A stretch of DNA of 31,438 nt from Candidatus Hydrogenedentota bacterium (GCA_029974275.1 JARKSN010000097.1:1-31438), one strand, 5' to 3'. Numbered from the stretch's first letter, positions 19,101 to 27,312 are shown. Translations and numbers: made by a program. Notes: generated by a model from the letters alone, not told the origin.

Positions 19101-21753
19101 TCTCATAGGAAAACTGACTGTGCGTCAGGAAATCGTCGGTCATCGCATAGAAATTTCCGCCGAGAAAGATGGAATACTCGAATATGGGTTTCATCGTTCC
19201 CGGCGAATGCTCGTCGTAGAAAAGATTGCGCATGCGCGCGCCAAACGGGTCCATCCAACGGTCCAAATTCGTCGGCGAGAGACCGAACAAGAAGCTTCCG
19301 CCGCTGCTGAGCTCTCCCTTGCCCAGGCCATAAAGACGATCAAGCAACCAGCTGTCCGTTTGTTCGATATCGTCTTCGGCCTGACCGAGATAGCTGAGGT
19401 ATTCGCTTCGGAGCAGATTGCGCGCCTGAATGTTATTGGTGCTGTACGTCATCACGAGGTCATGAACGGCAACGCCCGTTCCCACGACTTTCACCGTATC
19501 CTGGTTGTGCGTTCGCTGCGGCCACCACGGCTCGGACAAGCCCCAGCGGAAATCGTTCTGCCACCCAGACCACGGGTCCGGCACCTGGCTGTCCACAAAA
19601 ATGCCGCCGTCCAGCGCTTGAATGTGGGGGTTGTAGCGGCGCGGCTCGATGAACGCCTTGAAATCCGCGCCGGGCCGCATGCCCGTTCCATCGCCCGGAT
19701 AGCGCGACGAATCGATGTAGCCGCTGTCCGGGCGCACGACAACGAAATAATCGCACATGAAACTGGAGGTGGGGCTGTCTCCCCACGCCCAAATGCTCGA
19801 GCCCGATCCGCGCTCGGGGGTGGGCTCCACGTTGCCGCTCGTGCCGGTGAGGCGCCGGCGGCCGTCATACAGTCGAAGCCGGATTTTCCACCATGGATCG
19901 CCGCCTCCGGGCGGGAAAGGATCATATTCCCATGAATACAAGCCATCCGGGTTCATGGGATAGTCGCCGGCAAACGTCATCCCGTTGGTCTGGTCCTGGG
20001 TGGGCACGTCAAAAAGGCCGTTGTTGTTCGTGTCGTTGTATACCCATATTCCGTTATAGGCGAAATCGATCCCTTCGGCGCGATCGACATCGTTGATCGC
20101 GCGCGTCGTCATGTGTTCGAGCATGGTGTTCGGGTTGAAGCCGCCGTTCCCGGGAGGCCCATTGGGATCGGCGCCGATATCCGTCAACACGACGTTGACT
20201 TCCGTCAGCATGGCTTCGGTCTGGTCGATAATCCTGCCGTACTCGCCGCCGCTGGCCACGGCCGGGGCCACGCCGGCATGCACGTTGATGCCGAGCACGG
20301 CGGTCCACGTTTCCAGCGACATGACATGGCGCAAATCCATGAATTCGCCTGCCGTGAACTCGACGAACGTGCCGGGCAGGTCCCACCGGGGCCGGGTGTT
20401 CTCGGCCAGAGGCGTGTGAATGAAATTCGGCTGGTACCCGGTGTTGACCTCGTCCCAGAATCTGGAGGCGTTCCAACTGCCTGTTACGTCGTACACCCCG
20501 AAACTGCTGCTATATGCGCCGCCCGAAGCCACCGGGAACTCGGGGTACGAGTCGATGGGATTCCCGTCATCCCCCCGGGGAACGCATCCGCAAGAGCCTT
20601 CAAACAGCGACACATTGTTGACCTGATGCGATATCCCCGTCGTGTTGCGCAACACGGCGGAGGTCCGAAATGCAAGGACATAGGAGCTGGAAAGGCTCAA
20701 CGTGCCGACAGTCTGTCCGATGGCGTTCTGGACCTTGAGCATGTCGATTTTATACCGTTCGTCGCCCGCAGACGTCTTATCGTAGGGCGCGCCGGTCCCG
20801 TCCCACGTGGCAATCAAGGAATCGACATAATCCAGAACCTGATTGGGGGCGTCTTGTCCGGGCAAAATCCCCTCCGCAAACAGCCCGAATTCCAGAATGT
20901 CCGCCTCGCGAGGAGGAAGAAAAACGTCGTAGGCCCGATCCGCAGCCTTGGGATCGAATAGAAGACTGTAATCCAACTCCGCCATGAAGCGCACGGCGGG
21001 CGTTTGCTCGTCCGTCGTGAACTGCACGGAGAAAAGCGGCTGCCAATCGTTGAGCGGAAGAACCGCCTGGGTGTCCTTGACCATATCGGTCACCGCCACC
21101 GACGCCGTCGGTTCCGCAGGCGCCTGGCCGACCGTAATGGTGGCGTAGGGATTCGGCGCCGGGTCGGTGGCCGTCCGGCTCACCGTATACGTGCCCTGGG
21201 CGGTGTACGCGAACACGGGGTTCTGTTCTGCCGACGTGGTGGGAGCGGCATCCCCGAAATTCCACAGATAACTCGTCACCGGAAGCCCTCCGGGATTGGA
21301 GGTGTCCGTGAATTGGACCGTCAACGGCGCGCCTCCGAAAACCGGAGAGGCGACAAAGTCCGCGAACGGCGGATTCATGACTTGGAAGAAGTTGATGTTC
21401 TCGATCGTGTTGCTGCCGCGGGTGCTCGCCGCGCGCAACTGAACGGTGTACATGCCGAGTTCCGCGAATTGCATCGTGAGGATGCCGTTGATTTGGTTTG
21501 TGGAGACGGTGACGGTTCCCGTGGTGACGTTCGTGAATGTCCAGACGTTGTTGACGGGGTCATGCCCCTCGGATTGATCGAAGAATTTGATGGGCCATCC
21601 CGGCGCGACGCGCGTCCGGTCCGCCGAGAAATTGGCGCGCACCGGCAGTTGGGCCACGGCGCTTTCCACCCAGACAAACGTCATCAGAATGGCGACGCAC
21701 AGGAACATGGGGCGCAGGGAACGCTGTGAAATCACGGGCTTACACCTCCACAT
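16132..21753 (-). CDS. Giant secreted surface protein (2 PKD domains, about 4 repeated beta modules, 2 IPT/TIG domains, CFI-box-CTERM)
   Basis: Signal peptide ending SAVA; PKD motif ADFVASPVFGGAPLTVQFTDTS..SYLWNFGD..EQNP..YT..GTYTV; IPT motif PRITSVSPSQG..VEIYGANF; C-terminal CFIATAAYGTP..FRDDVL..YYATSP..A, TM and RRRR. Confidence 0.9.
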   Translation of the reverse strand: MWRCKPVISQRSLRPMFLCVAILMTFVWVESAVAQLPVRANFSADRTRVAPGWPIKFFDQSEGHDPVNNVWTFTNVTTGTVTVSTNQINGILTMQFAELGMYTVQLRAASTRGSNTIENINFFQVMNPPFADFVASPVFGGAPLTVQFTDTSNPGGLPVTSYLWNFGDAAPTTSAEQNPVFAYTAQGTYTVSRTATDPAPNPYATITVGQAPAEPTASVAVTDMVKDTQAVLPLNDWQPLFSVQFTTDEQTPAVRFMAELDYSLLFDPKAADRAYDVFLPPREADILEFGLFAEGILPGQDAPNQVLDYVDSLIATWDGTGAPYDKTSAGDERYKIDMLKVQNAIGQTVGTLSLSSSYVLAFRTSAVLRNTTGISHQVNNVSLFEGSCGCVPRGDDGNPIDSYPEFPVASGGAYSSSFGVYDVTGSWNASRFWDEVNTGYQPNFIHTPLAENTRPRWDLPGTFVEFTAGEFMDLRHVMSLETWTAVLGINVHAGVAPAVASGGEYGRIIDQTEAMLTEVNVVLTDIGADPNGPPGNGGFNPNTMLEHMTTRAINDVDRAEGIDFAYNGIWVYNDTNNNGLFDVPTQDQTNGMTFAGDYPMNPDGLYSWEYDPFPPGGGDPWWKIRLRLYDGRRRLTGTSGNVEPTPERGSGSSIWAWGDSPTSSFMCDYFVVVRPDSGYIDSSRYPGDGTGMRPGADFKAFIEPRRYNPHIQALDGGIFVDSQVPDPWSGWQNDFRWGLSEPWWPQRTHNQDTVKVVGTGVAVHDLVMTYSTNNIQARNLLRSEYLSYLGQAEDDIEQTDSWLLDRLYGLGKGELSSGGSFLFGLSPTNLDRWMDPFGARMRNLFYDEHSPGTMKPIFEYSIFLGGNFYAMTDDFLTHSQFSYETVPFFISGRDLPPNGPRSAFYAFPPTAPTAPTYSTWMPFQNPPATLPVGQYPRATDWRPQDRAARILRQHTDILSRPTPLLGFALAAANDPATNRLNQQYLNQVTVAFWGTDFQPTDLAALDPSGVSLSSGILLYEDADGDGIFGGELGLDRVVPLSNLQWPDAPEFVNVDGQVDQSGNWAPNDINGDGLLNDKDKAWVVRLDFNTRWRVPNSNSVVGSSLRKAAQEKAAKRGDVGEDAAPDALEADSPVVSAERKSRASAKKTLLIDVEKAQAAAGREKVLTPSGSEGDNLFLVVSTSDSLKRFEAFKAFVPAGLPSRGTPDQQVAGFRFEPQTYSSAGAFLKAHPEESPFQGFYENEMLVANVACKIVNLTGPDQKIQRSSQPIAVLGLDVSTNRGAEGTAASGGFGFGGTGQFNVSGANWAPNAYAGYWLVDSAYKSFEILSNTSNQLVLRGGMPSDGRWQIAIDPTFLEQVIVELYDIAGSGVFGFNDVLPLDKDQAKSGVALYRDNRFNPANRQGQFDPGIDIPIELDDPPAYIGNVGENRKQVKFVFSSPGTDNLPVPLADQPQLRQWVPDSFGRTLADADYGPEFFVVLRTSSTISYGDRFRVAIVSWGPSTPTEPDPDQFTDPPPPIQPPDEYDIFSEFPWGERAVGFITMFKEAPDPSGFKWIRSTVAQAKQTNIITVEERVPGPNDVVIDSTSTSKVPTVTPAGGFTLAVYGSGFGSAPQVTIGGVAVTRTGGTDNSISLLIPGGTTYPLGSLVLTVRNVANGNSASRVDLLRAVNETFPDGPRITSVSPSQGVGSDFPVEIYGANFDQPVVYFGTTLMPIISWTPTKITVGFPVTGITTTGALDVTVRNGSSQQADVAVRAFTYLNAPVTPARRACFIATAAYGTPFADRLGTFRVFRDDVLLKSAAGTALVEGYYATSPAIADYVATHPGAARVVRGVLTPLAWLLEGPVLSLTPFGLFALGLVVRRRRACRASARR

Positions 21754-22081
21754 GCAGGATGCCCTCGCCTCGGCGGCAACGCCGCGGGAGCAGCACCTGG
21801 GGTTGACGGGAAAATGCGATACCTCGGTCAGGCGTCTTGGAGACGGGAGGCACAGGGCGTAAAACCCGCCCCGGAATCGGAATAGCCGAACCCGATCGAA
21901 CAGCGCTTCCGCACCGCATTACGTTTCCCGCGAAACAGGAAAACGCCATGCTCCTTCCCTTTTCAGGCAGGGTGTCGCGCACAATCCGACCCTTCACTCC
22001 TCTTTGCGGCCCACTACCCCACTGTACCATGCGTGCGTCGCGCCCGTTACACACGCACAAATACAAAAACGCGTCGTTTTC

Positions 22082-22110
22082 CTTATAACATAGACGGCAT
22101 TATGTGTCAA
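22082..22110 (-). promoter_or_regulatory. Strong sigma70-type promoter for the giant-protein operon
   Basis: Minus strand TTGACA-N17-TATAAG with extended -10 TG, in an AT-rich patch. Confidence 0.72.
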
Positions 22111-22115
22111 TAAAG

Positions 22116-22135
22116 AAAGGATACGCAAATCCTTT
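22116..22135. repeat. 7-bp inverted repeat (operator or weak terminator)
   Basis: AAAGGAT-N6-ATCCTTT, 5 nt upstream of the -35 box; on the minus strand followed by CTTTATT. Confidence 0.45.
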
Positions 22136-22250
22136 TAATCTCAAGACCTTAAGACACGCACGACGTCTCCGGGTCTTCCGGGAGCCCCCGGCATTCTCCC
22201 AAATCGACGCTCCAAAATGAAGCCCCCTCGCCCCTCGGGGCGTTGATCGG

Positions 22251-23684
22251 CTATTCGGGTGCGCCACGAGAGACGTCCGAACGGTTCAGCGCATCCAGAT
22301 AGTCCGTCAGGGCGTCAATCTCGGCGGGAACGCCGACAAGCGGCGGCATGAACGCTCGGTAGGGAGAGTCTTCGGGCCGATCGTGGAGCATGGCGATCAT
22401 GCTAGCGATGGCGGCGCGATCCCGGCCTTTCAACAGGCGTTTCATGGAGCGATAGCCGTCGCGCGTGTGACATGCCAGGCATTGGCCTTGGAACATCAAG
22501 GATCCGAAGGCCGCTTTGGCGGCTTGGGCATCGGCGGGCAACACGGCCCCGGGATCGGCTTGGAGCGCCGCCTGCCACCCCGCCCGCTCGGCATCCCGCA
22601 CCCAGGGACTTTTCGTGAGGTAGCCGTCCCGGTTGAACGCCTCCGCCTCTTTCACGCGAATGGCGTTGGAGTACATGTATTCTCCAATGACGAAGGGCTT
22701 GCGAAGCATTTCGCGGGTGTGTTCGGTGGCGCCGGTGGCGGCAAGGGCAATCACCAGCACCGAGCAGGCATGGCCAAAGGCGAAGTCGCGCGGGGAACGG
22801 TATGCGAGAAAATACACGATCAGCGCGATCGTGCCGCTGGTGACGATGGTGATCAACGCGCTGCGGGTCACCTGGGTGAACACGCCCTGACCAATGGTCG
22901 AAATGCCAAGCGTCAGCAGGCCGCGCTGGGTTTCAGGCACCATGTACAGATACCAAACAAAGAAAAGCGGCAGCAATACGTAGGCGGGAATAAGCCATTT
23001 TGCGGACCAGCGAACGATCTCTTCCTTGAGGTGCGGCATCTGGTACGCGTCGATGCGGCTGGCGGTGACAAGCGCCCATAGGCCCGCCAACGAAAGGCAG
23101 ATGAGAGTGCGCAAGAACAGGCTCGGCCAAAACGTCGGGTTGAAAAAGGCGTGCCAGAACATGGACGCCTCGTTGCCGCTGCCCGCAACGGACAACCACC
23201 CCTGGCCGGGCGTCAGCATGAACGTCAGAATGCCGTTGATGACGAACAGGCTCAGCCACGCCGAACCCGCGTAGACCCAGGCGATGGCGAGATGCAGGCG
23301 GTTCGAGACCTTTCCCCAAGTGTAGTAATACAGCAGCGCCGCGGCCACTTCGATAAGGAAAAAGGTCCATTCGATGGCCCATCCGAAGACGAAATTGTGG
23401 ATAAGGGCGCTGGTGGCTTCGGGGGCGGCCAGCCCGATGGCGAACCAAATGCCGACGCCGCTGACGGTGCCGAACGCGGCGGTCAACACCATAAAGAAGC
23501 GGGAGTGGACCTTGAGAATGTCTAGCCAGTCGTTTCGGCCTTCGCGCAACGCCTTGCGCTCGGCGATGGCGAGATAGAAGCCCCCCCCTATGGCGAAATG
23601 CGAGATCATCACGTGGAAAATCGCGATAAGACCGATGACCCATCCGCTGCCGATATGCGGCACCTCCCACGACGGGTAATTCAT
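22251..23684 (-). CDS. Cytochrome bd subunit I (CydA)-like membrane protein fused to a C-terminal monoheme cytochrome c
   Basis: FHVMISHFAIGG, GTVSGVGIWF, WAIEWTFFLIE, ILTFMLTP, FFNPTF and REMLRKPFVI align with the CydA frame. Single CxxCH (CLACH, 22467-22481) plus FMPP axial Met. Confidence 0.85.
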   Translation of the reverse strand: MNYPSWEVPHIGSGWVIGLIAIFHVMISHFAIGGGFYLAIAERKALREGRNDWLDILKVHSRFFMVLTAAFGTVSGVGIWFAIGLAAPEATSALIHNFVFGWAIEWTFFLIEVAAALLYYYTWGKVSNRLHLAIAWVYAGSAWLSLFVINGILTFMLTPGQGWLSVAGSGNEASMFWHAFFNPTFWPSLFLRTLICLSLAGLWALVTASRIDAYQMPHLKEEIVRWSAKWLIPAYVLLPLFFVWYLYMVPETQRGLLTLGISTIGQGVFTQVTRSALITIVTSGTIALIVYFLAYRSPRDFAFGHACSVLVIALAATGATEHTREMLRKPFVIGEYMYSNAIRVKEAEAFNRDGYLTKSPWVRDAERAGWQAALQADPGAVLPADAQAAKAAFGSLMFQGQCLACHTRDGYRSMKRLLKGRDRAAIASMIAMLHDRPEDSPYRAFMPPLVGVPAEIDALTDYLDALNRSDVSRGAPE

Positions 23685-23726
23685 GCTGAACTCCTTGGCG
23701 GCGCGTCCGGACCTGCCCCGAAACGA

Positions 23727-24836
23727 TCATGCCGCTTTGTCCAAGTATCCCCAGACCGTAAGCGCGGCGAGTCCCGCCAGCGCGATCAAGCCAAACCACG
23801 TTGCGGCGCGAGCGCGGCGTCCCTTGGCGGTCGTCGTGTCATACAAGGGGATCAAGCCCCAAAGCGCGCCGCCGATCGTGAACAACGCAATGCCCAACGC
23901 TTCCCCTGCCATGCCGGGAAACCAATGTCCCAAAACCTTGAGGGCCTGGAATTGACTCATGAAATACCATTCCGGATGGATGCCCAGGGGAGCGGGTTGA
24001 ATCGGATCGGCTTGCGGCCCTAGCCCCCACGGAAACAGCGCGGCGAGAATGGCCAGGACGTTCAAGGCGATAAGCCACATCGCCAAATCTTTGATGACGA
24101 AATGGGGAAAGAAGGGAACGCTGTGGCGTTCGGCGGGGGGCTTGCGATCCTCGGACGGCGGCACGGCGTTTCCGTGGCGTTGGACCAGCCAAAGGTGGAA
24201 GCCGAGCGCGCCGATAAAAAACGCCGGCAGCACGACGACGTGGAGCGCGAAGAAGCGCTGAACGGTGAATTCGTTCACTTCCAGTCCGCCGCGAATGAGG
24301 TTGACCAAAGCCGGACCGAGGACCGGGATCGAAGCCGGTATTTCAAGGCCGACTTTGGTGGCGAAAAAGGCCAGTTCGTCCATAGGCAGTAGATAGCCGC
24401 TGAAACCAAACACCATCGTGAGGCCAAGCAGCGCCAGACCGCTCCACCATCCAAATTCGCGCGGCTTGCGGTAGGCTTTCATGAAAAAAACCGAAAACAT
24501 GTGGACAAACACGGCGAAGACCATCAAATTCGCCGACCAGGAATGGACCGAGCGGATGAGCCAGCCAAAGTCGATATCGTACGTAATTTGACGGACGGAA
24601 TCGTATGCTTCCGGGCCGGGACGAAAGTAGACGAGGAGGAGAACGCCGCTTACGGCCTGCACGAGAAAAAAGAAAAGCGATATGCCGCCCCAATAGTACC
24701 AGAAAGAATGAGCATGTTGCGGCACTTGTTTCTTTTGGGCGAAGGCGATCCATTCCTCGATGCCCAGTCTTTCGTCCACCCACCGGTAAACCGGCGCCAT
24801 CCAAGGGTTACGTACGAGAGATGCTGACTTGTCCAT
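23727..24836 (-). CDS. petB: Cytochrome b subunit of a Rieske/cytb (bc) complex, unsplit
   Basis: WYYWGG, GWLIRSVHSWSAN, VHM, GFSGYLLP, RFFALH..FHLWLV, HPEWYF (Qo PEWY motif). Confidence 0.95.
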   Translation of the reverse strand: MDKSASLVRNPWMAPVYRWVDERLGIEEWIAFAQKKQVPQHAHSFWYYWGGISLFFFLVQAVSGVLLLVYFRPGPEAYDSVRQITYDIDFGWLIRSVHSWSANLMVFAVFVHMFSVFFMKAYRKPREFGWWSGLALLGLTMVFGFSGYLLPMDELAFFATKVGLEIPASIPVLGPALVNLIRGGLEVNEFTVQRFFALHVVVLPAFFIGALGFHLWLVQRHGNAVPPSEDRKPPAERHSVPFFPHFVIKDLAMWLIALNVLAILAALFPWGLGPQADPIQPAPLGIHPEWYFMSQFQALKVLGHWFPGMAGEALGIALFTIGGALWGLIPLYDTTTAKGRRARAATWFGLIALAGLAALTVWGYLDKAA

Positions 24837-25299
24837 TGGCGATCTCCACGGTGTACTGGGTCAAGGGCTTGGGGGGAGGCCCCGATACGTTGGCGCCTGT
24901 TTTCATGTCGTACACGCCGCCGTGACAGGCGCAGTGGATGCGCGCCTGGGCCGGCTCGAACTGCACCGTGCAACCAAGATGCGTGCAAACGGCGTTGAAA
25001 CACGAGAAGGATCCGTCGGGCAAATGAATCAACACGGCGGGAACGGCCCCGAACTTGAACATTTTCGCCGTATTCACGGGAGGCAGGTCGGTCACCGGAA
25101 AGGATATTTGCTTGACCGCGCCCAAGGCTTCGGCCCGGCGGGCCGGAGTCATGAGAAAGCGGTAAATGGGGTATCCCACCGCGGCGCCATAGACCGCCGC
25201 CGCAACAGTCCCGCCTGCCGCGGCCAGAAGCCCCGCCGCACGCGCCAAGAACCCGCGACGGCCCATCGCATCGCCGGTCGCGGCCGATGTGTCAGGCAT
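24808..25299 (-). CDS. Rieske [2Fe-2S] subunit
   Basis: Tat motif GRRGFL plus TM; CTHLGC and CACHGG boxes; GPPPKPL. Confidence 0.96.
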   Translation of the reverse strand: MPDTSAATGDAMGRRGFLARAAGLLAAAGGTVAAAVYGAAVGYPIYRFLMTPARRAEALGAVKQISFPVTDLPPVNTAKMFKFGAVPAVLIHLPDGSFSCFNAVCTHLGCTVQFEPAQARIHCACHGGVYDMKTGANVSGPPPKPLTQYTVEIANGQVSISRT

Positions 25300-26407
25300 A
25301 GCGTTCCTCCGTTTCTCGCATCCGCGTCAACACCCAGATCATCCAGCCGACGAAGCCTATGGCCGTCACCAATAAGAAGAAAAACAGGCTCACAATCGCC
25401 CAGTTCGCGGCCACGGTCCGCTGCCACACATCAAAACCCTTCGCGGCCAGCGTGAGATCGCGAATGGCGTCGCGCAACAGAACCATTGCGGCGATGTTCC
25501 CAAAAGACGCCGCCGCCATCGCCATTGGCAATGCCCGGCGAACGGACGCGCCCCAACCGCCTGCCAGACCCAGCAGCGTCAGCAGCAGCATCGTCGCCGC
25601 CCATACGCCAATCAAGGACGTATTAAAAGCGCCCTGCAAAAGCCCTTCGCGCACCCCCTGGGGCTGCGTCTGGAACGCCCAATACCCCACTCCGGCTTGA
25701 ATGGGGATAAACGCCGCTGCAAGGCGCGCGCCCCAGCGTTGCATAAACAGCCGCACCTCGTCGCCTAGCCCGCGCTTGAGTCCGAGCAACATGATCCCGA
25801 CGCCGGCAATCCCGATCGACCCCGAAACCATGTACAGCCAACGGGGCAGAATCGTCGGATCGCCTGAAGGCAACTGGGCGCCGTGCGGGTTGGCGCGGTA
25901 CATCTCAAGCCAGGCTTCGGGGCGGAGCATGAGCGTCATGTTGCTGGACAGCAGATAGGCGACTTTGAGCAATGCCGCACAGGCCAACACCCCAAGCCAG
26001 AATCCGAGCTTTCCATTTCCAGACGGAGCCGCCGCGCGATACAGCAGGAAATAGCCGAACATGAGAATAAAAATCAGCGCTATCCAGAAGATCCCCATGA
26101 CCACGCTGCTCGTGTAGAGCGCGCGCCCATACAACACCTGCGTGAACAACAAAGGAGGAACGCCAAGATTGATGACGAACGCCGTCACGATGGGAAGACG
26201 CGCCGCAACCGCGCCACGGGCATTGCGCAGCACGGAGTCCTGGTTGCGATAAGCGGCCAGCGCCCACGCCGTCGAAATCAGCAGCCCACCCAGCAGAAGC
26301 TCCACCGCGCAGAAATGCAGCGCCAACACCAGCAGATCGAGAAACTTGAAGAGCCAGACTGGCGCCGGCAATGGGATGGGGTCAACGACAGGGATAGCTC
26401 CGCCCAT
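25292..26407 (-). CDS. Polytopic membrane protein, divergent CydA-like partner subunit
   Basis: Start moved to the ATG at 26407, 7 nt after GAGGAG. About 9 hydrophobic segments; helix-1 His (LALHFCAVELLLGG), INLGVPPLLFTQVLYG, LSSNMTLMLRPEAW (compare CydA NxWMQxP) and MVLLRDAIR parallel the CydA layout. Confidence 0.65.
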   Translation of the reverse strand: MGGAIPVVDPIPLPAPVWLFKFLDLLVLALHFCAVELLLGGLLISTAWALAAYRNQDSVLRNARGAVAARLPIVTAFVINLGVPPLLFTQVLYGRALYTSSVVMGIFWIALIFILMFGYFLLYRAAAPSGNGKLGFWLGVLACAALLKVAYLLSSNMTLMLRPEAWLEMYRANPHGAQLPSGDPTILPRWLYMVSGSIGIAGVGIMLLGLKRGLGDEVRLFMQRWGARLAAAFIPIQAGVGYWAFQTQPQGVREGLLQGAFNTSLIGVWAATMLLLTLLGLAGGWGASVRRALPMAMAAASFGNIAAMVLLRDAIRDLTLAAKGFDVWQRTVAANWAIVSLFFFLLVTAIGFVGWMIWVLTRMRETEERYA

Positions 26408-26573
26408 GTGCATGCTCCTCTTCCGCGGCCGCCTGTGGGCGGCCTGTTCGCCTAGGATGCATCGACCTTTACGACGCTGCGCTATGCGGCGCCGCGTCAT
26501 TTTCCGGCGCACGCCCGACAACGCGCACAAGCGTATTCTCCATCCGCCAATGCCCAAGCTGAGGCCGTGCCGG

Positions 26574-26582
26574 ATTATAACA
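26574..26582 (-). promoter_or_regulatory. Extended -10 promoter element for the respiratory operon
   Basis: Minus strand TGTTATAAT (TGn plus perfect TATAAT), about 170 nt upstream of the start; -35 is poor. Confidence 0.55.
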
Positions 26583-26770
26583 ACACCCCAAGCATGAGGG
26601 AAACAACATTATTTCATCGAACGGGAAGAAACGGCATCCGCGCCCTGCTCCCGGAAGATTCGGGATAAAACCGGGTCATGCAACCGAATCCTTCGAGGTT
26701 TGGCGGACGAATCGGAGCGGGCCCACTGAAACGGCTTCACCGCTCGTCTCGAATGCCGCCCGATCTCCGG

Positions 26771-27136
26771 TCAGGACACCTTTGCGGCAAGAATGGCGCG
26801 GACCTCTTCTTCGAGTTTGCGCAGGCTGAGCGGTTTTGCCAGTATTTTCGTGGCGCCGTGACGAATGGCCTCGTTGGCGCGTCCCAGAAACCCCGTCAGC
26901 ACGAGAATCGGCACCCCTGGACATACGTTGCGTATGGCCGCAATCGCTTCGACGCCGTCCATACGCGGCATTTCAAGGTCCATGGTGACGACGTCGTATT
27001 CGGCGCGCATGCATTTTTCGAGGGCTTCGGCCCCGTCGGGAGCCACATCAACCGTAAAACCGCTCGCCTCGAACCAGCGTTGCAGCGCAGTGCGAATGTT
27101 TTCTTCGTCGTCAACCACTAGCATATGAGCAGGCAT
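26771..27136 (-). CDS. Single-domain response regulator (receiver only)
   Basis: LVVDDE, phosphoacceptor MDLEMPRMDG, LTG, KP; GGGAG RBS; no output domain. Confidence 0.95.
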   Translation of the reverse strand: MPAHMLVVDDEENIRTALQRWFEASGFTVDVAPDGAEALEKCMRAEYDVVTMDLEMPRMDGVEAIAAIRNVCPGVPILVLTGFLGRANEAIRHGATKILAKPLSLRKLEEEVRAILAAKVS

Positions 27137-27237
27137 TGCATCACTCCCGCGAAACCCTATCTTTTCTGCGCAACACGATCCTCTTTCCGGACCGCCTTCT
27201 TCGTTCGTTCAAGTCGTGACAATACACCAACTTTGTT

Positions 27238-27268
27238 ATTATACCAACAGTTCCCTTCAGCATTGCAA
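27238..27268 (-). promoter_or_regulatory. Candidate promoter for the receiver gene
   Basis: Minus strand TGGTATAAT (extended -10), with TTGCAA 19 nt upstream of the -10 hexamer. Confidence 0.55.
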
Positions 27269-27312
27269 ACGACCGAAAACGTCGAAAATCCCCCGACGCC
27301 TTCCGTTTTCCG

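Noticed and set aside
26408..26557. Arg-rich N-terminal extension of the CydA-like ORF (possible Tat signal)
   Set aside because: A strong GAGGAG lies 7 nt before the ATG at 26407 and the promoter element is at 26574, so the extension is probably UTR.
26600..26620. AT-rich stretch as a Fur/Rex/FNR box upstream of the respiratory operon
   Set aside because: No convincing palindrome or consensus match.
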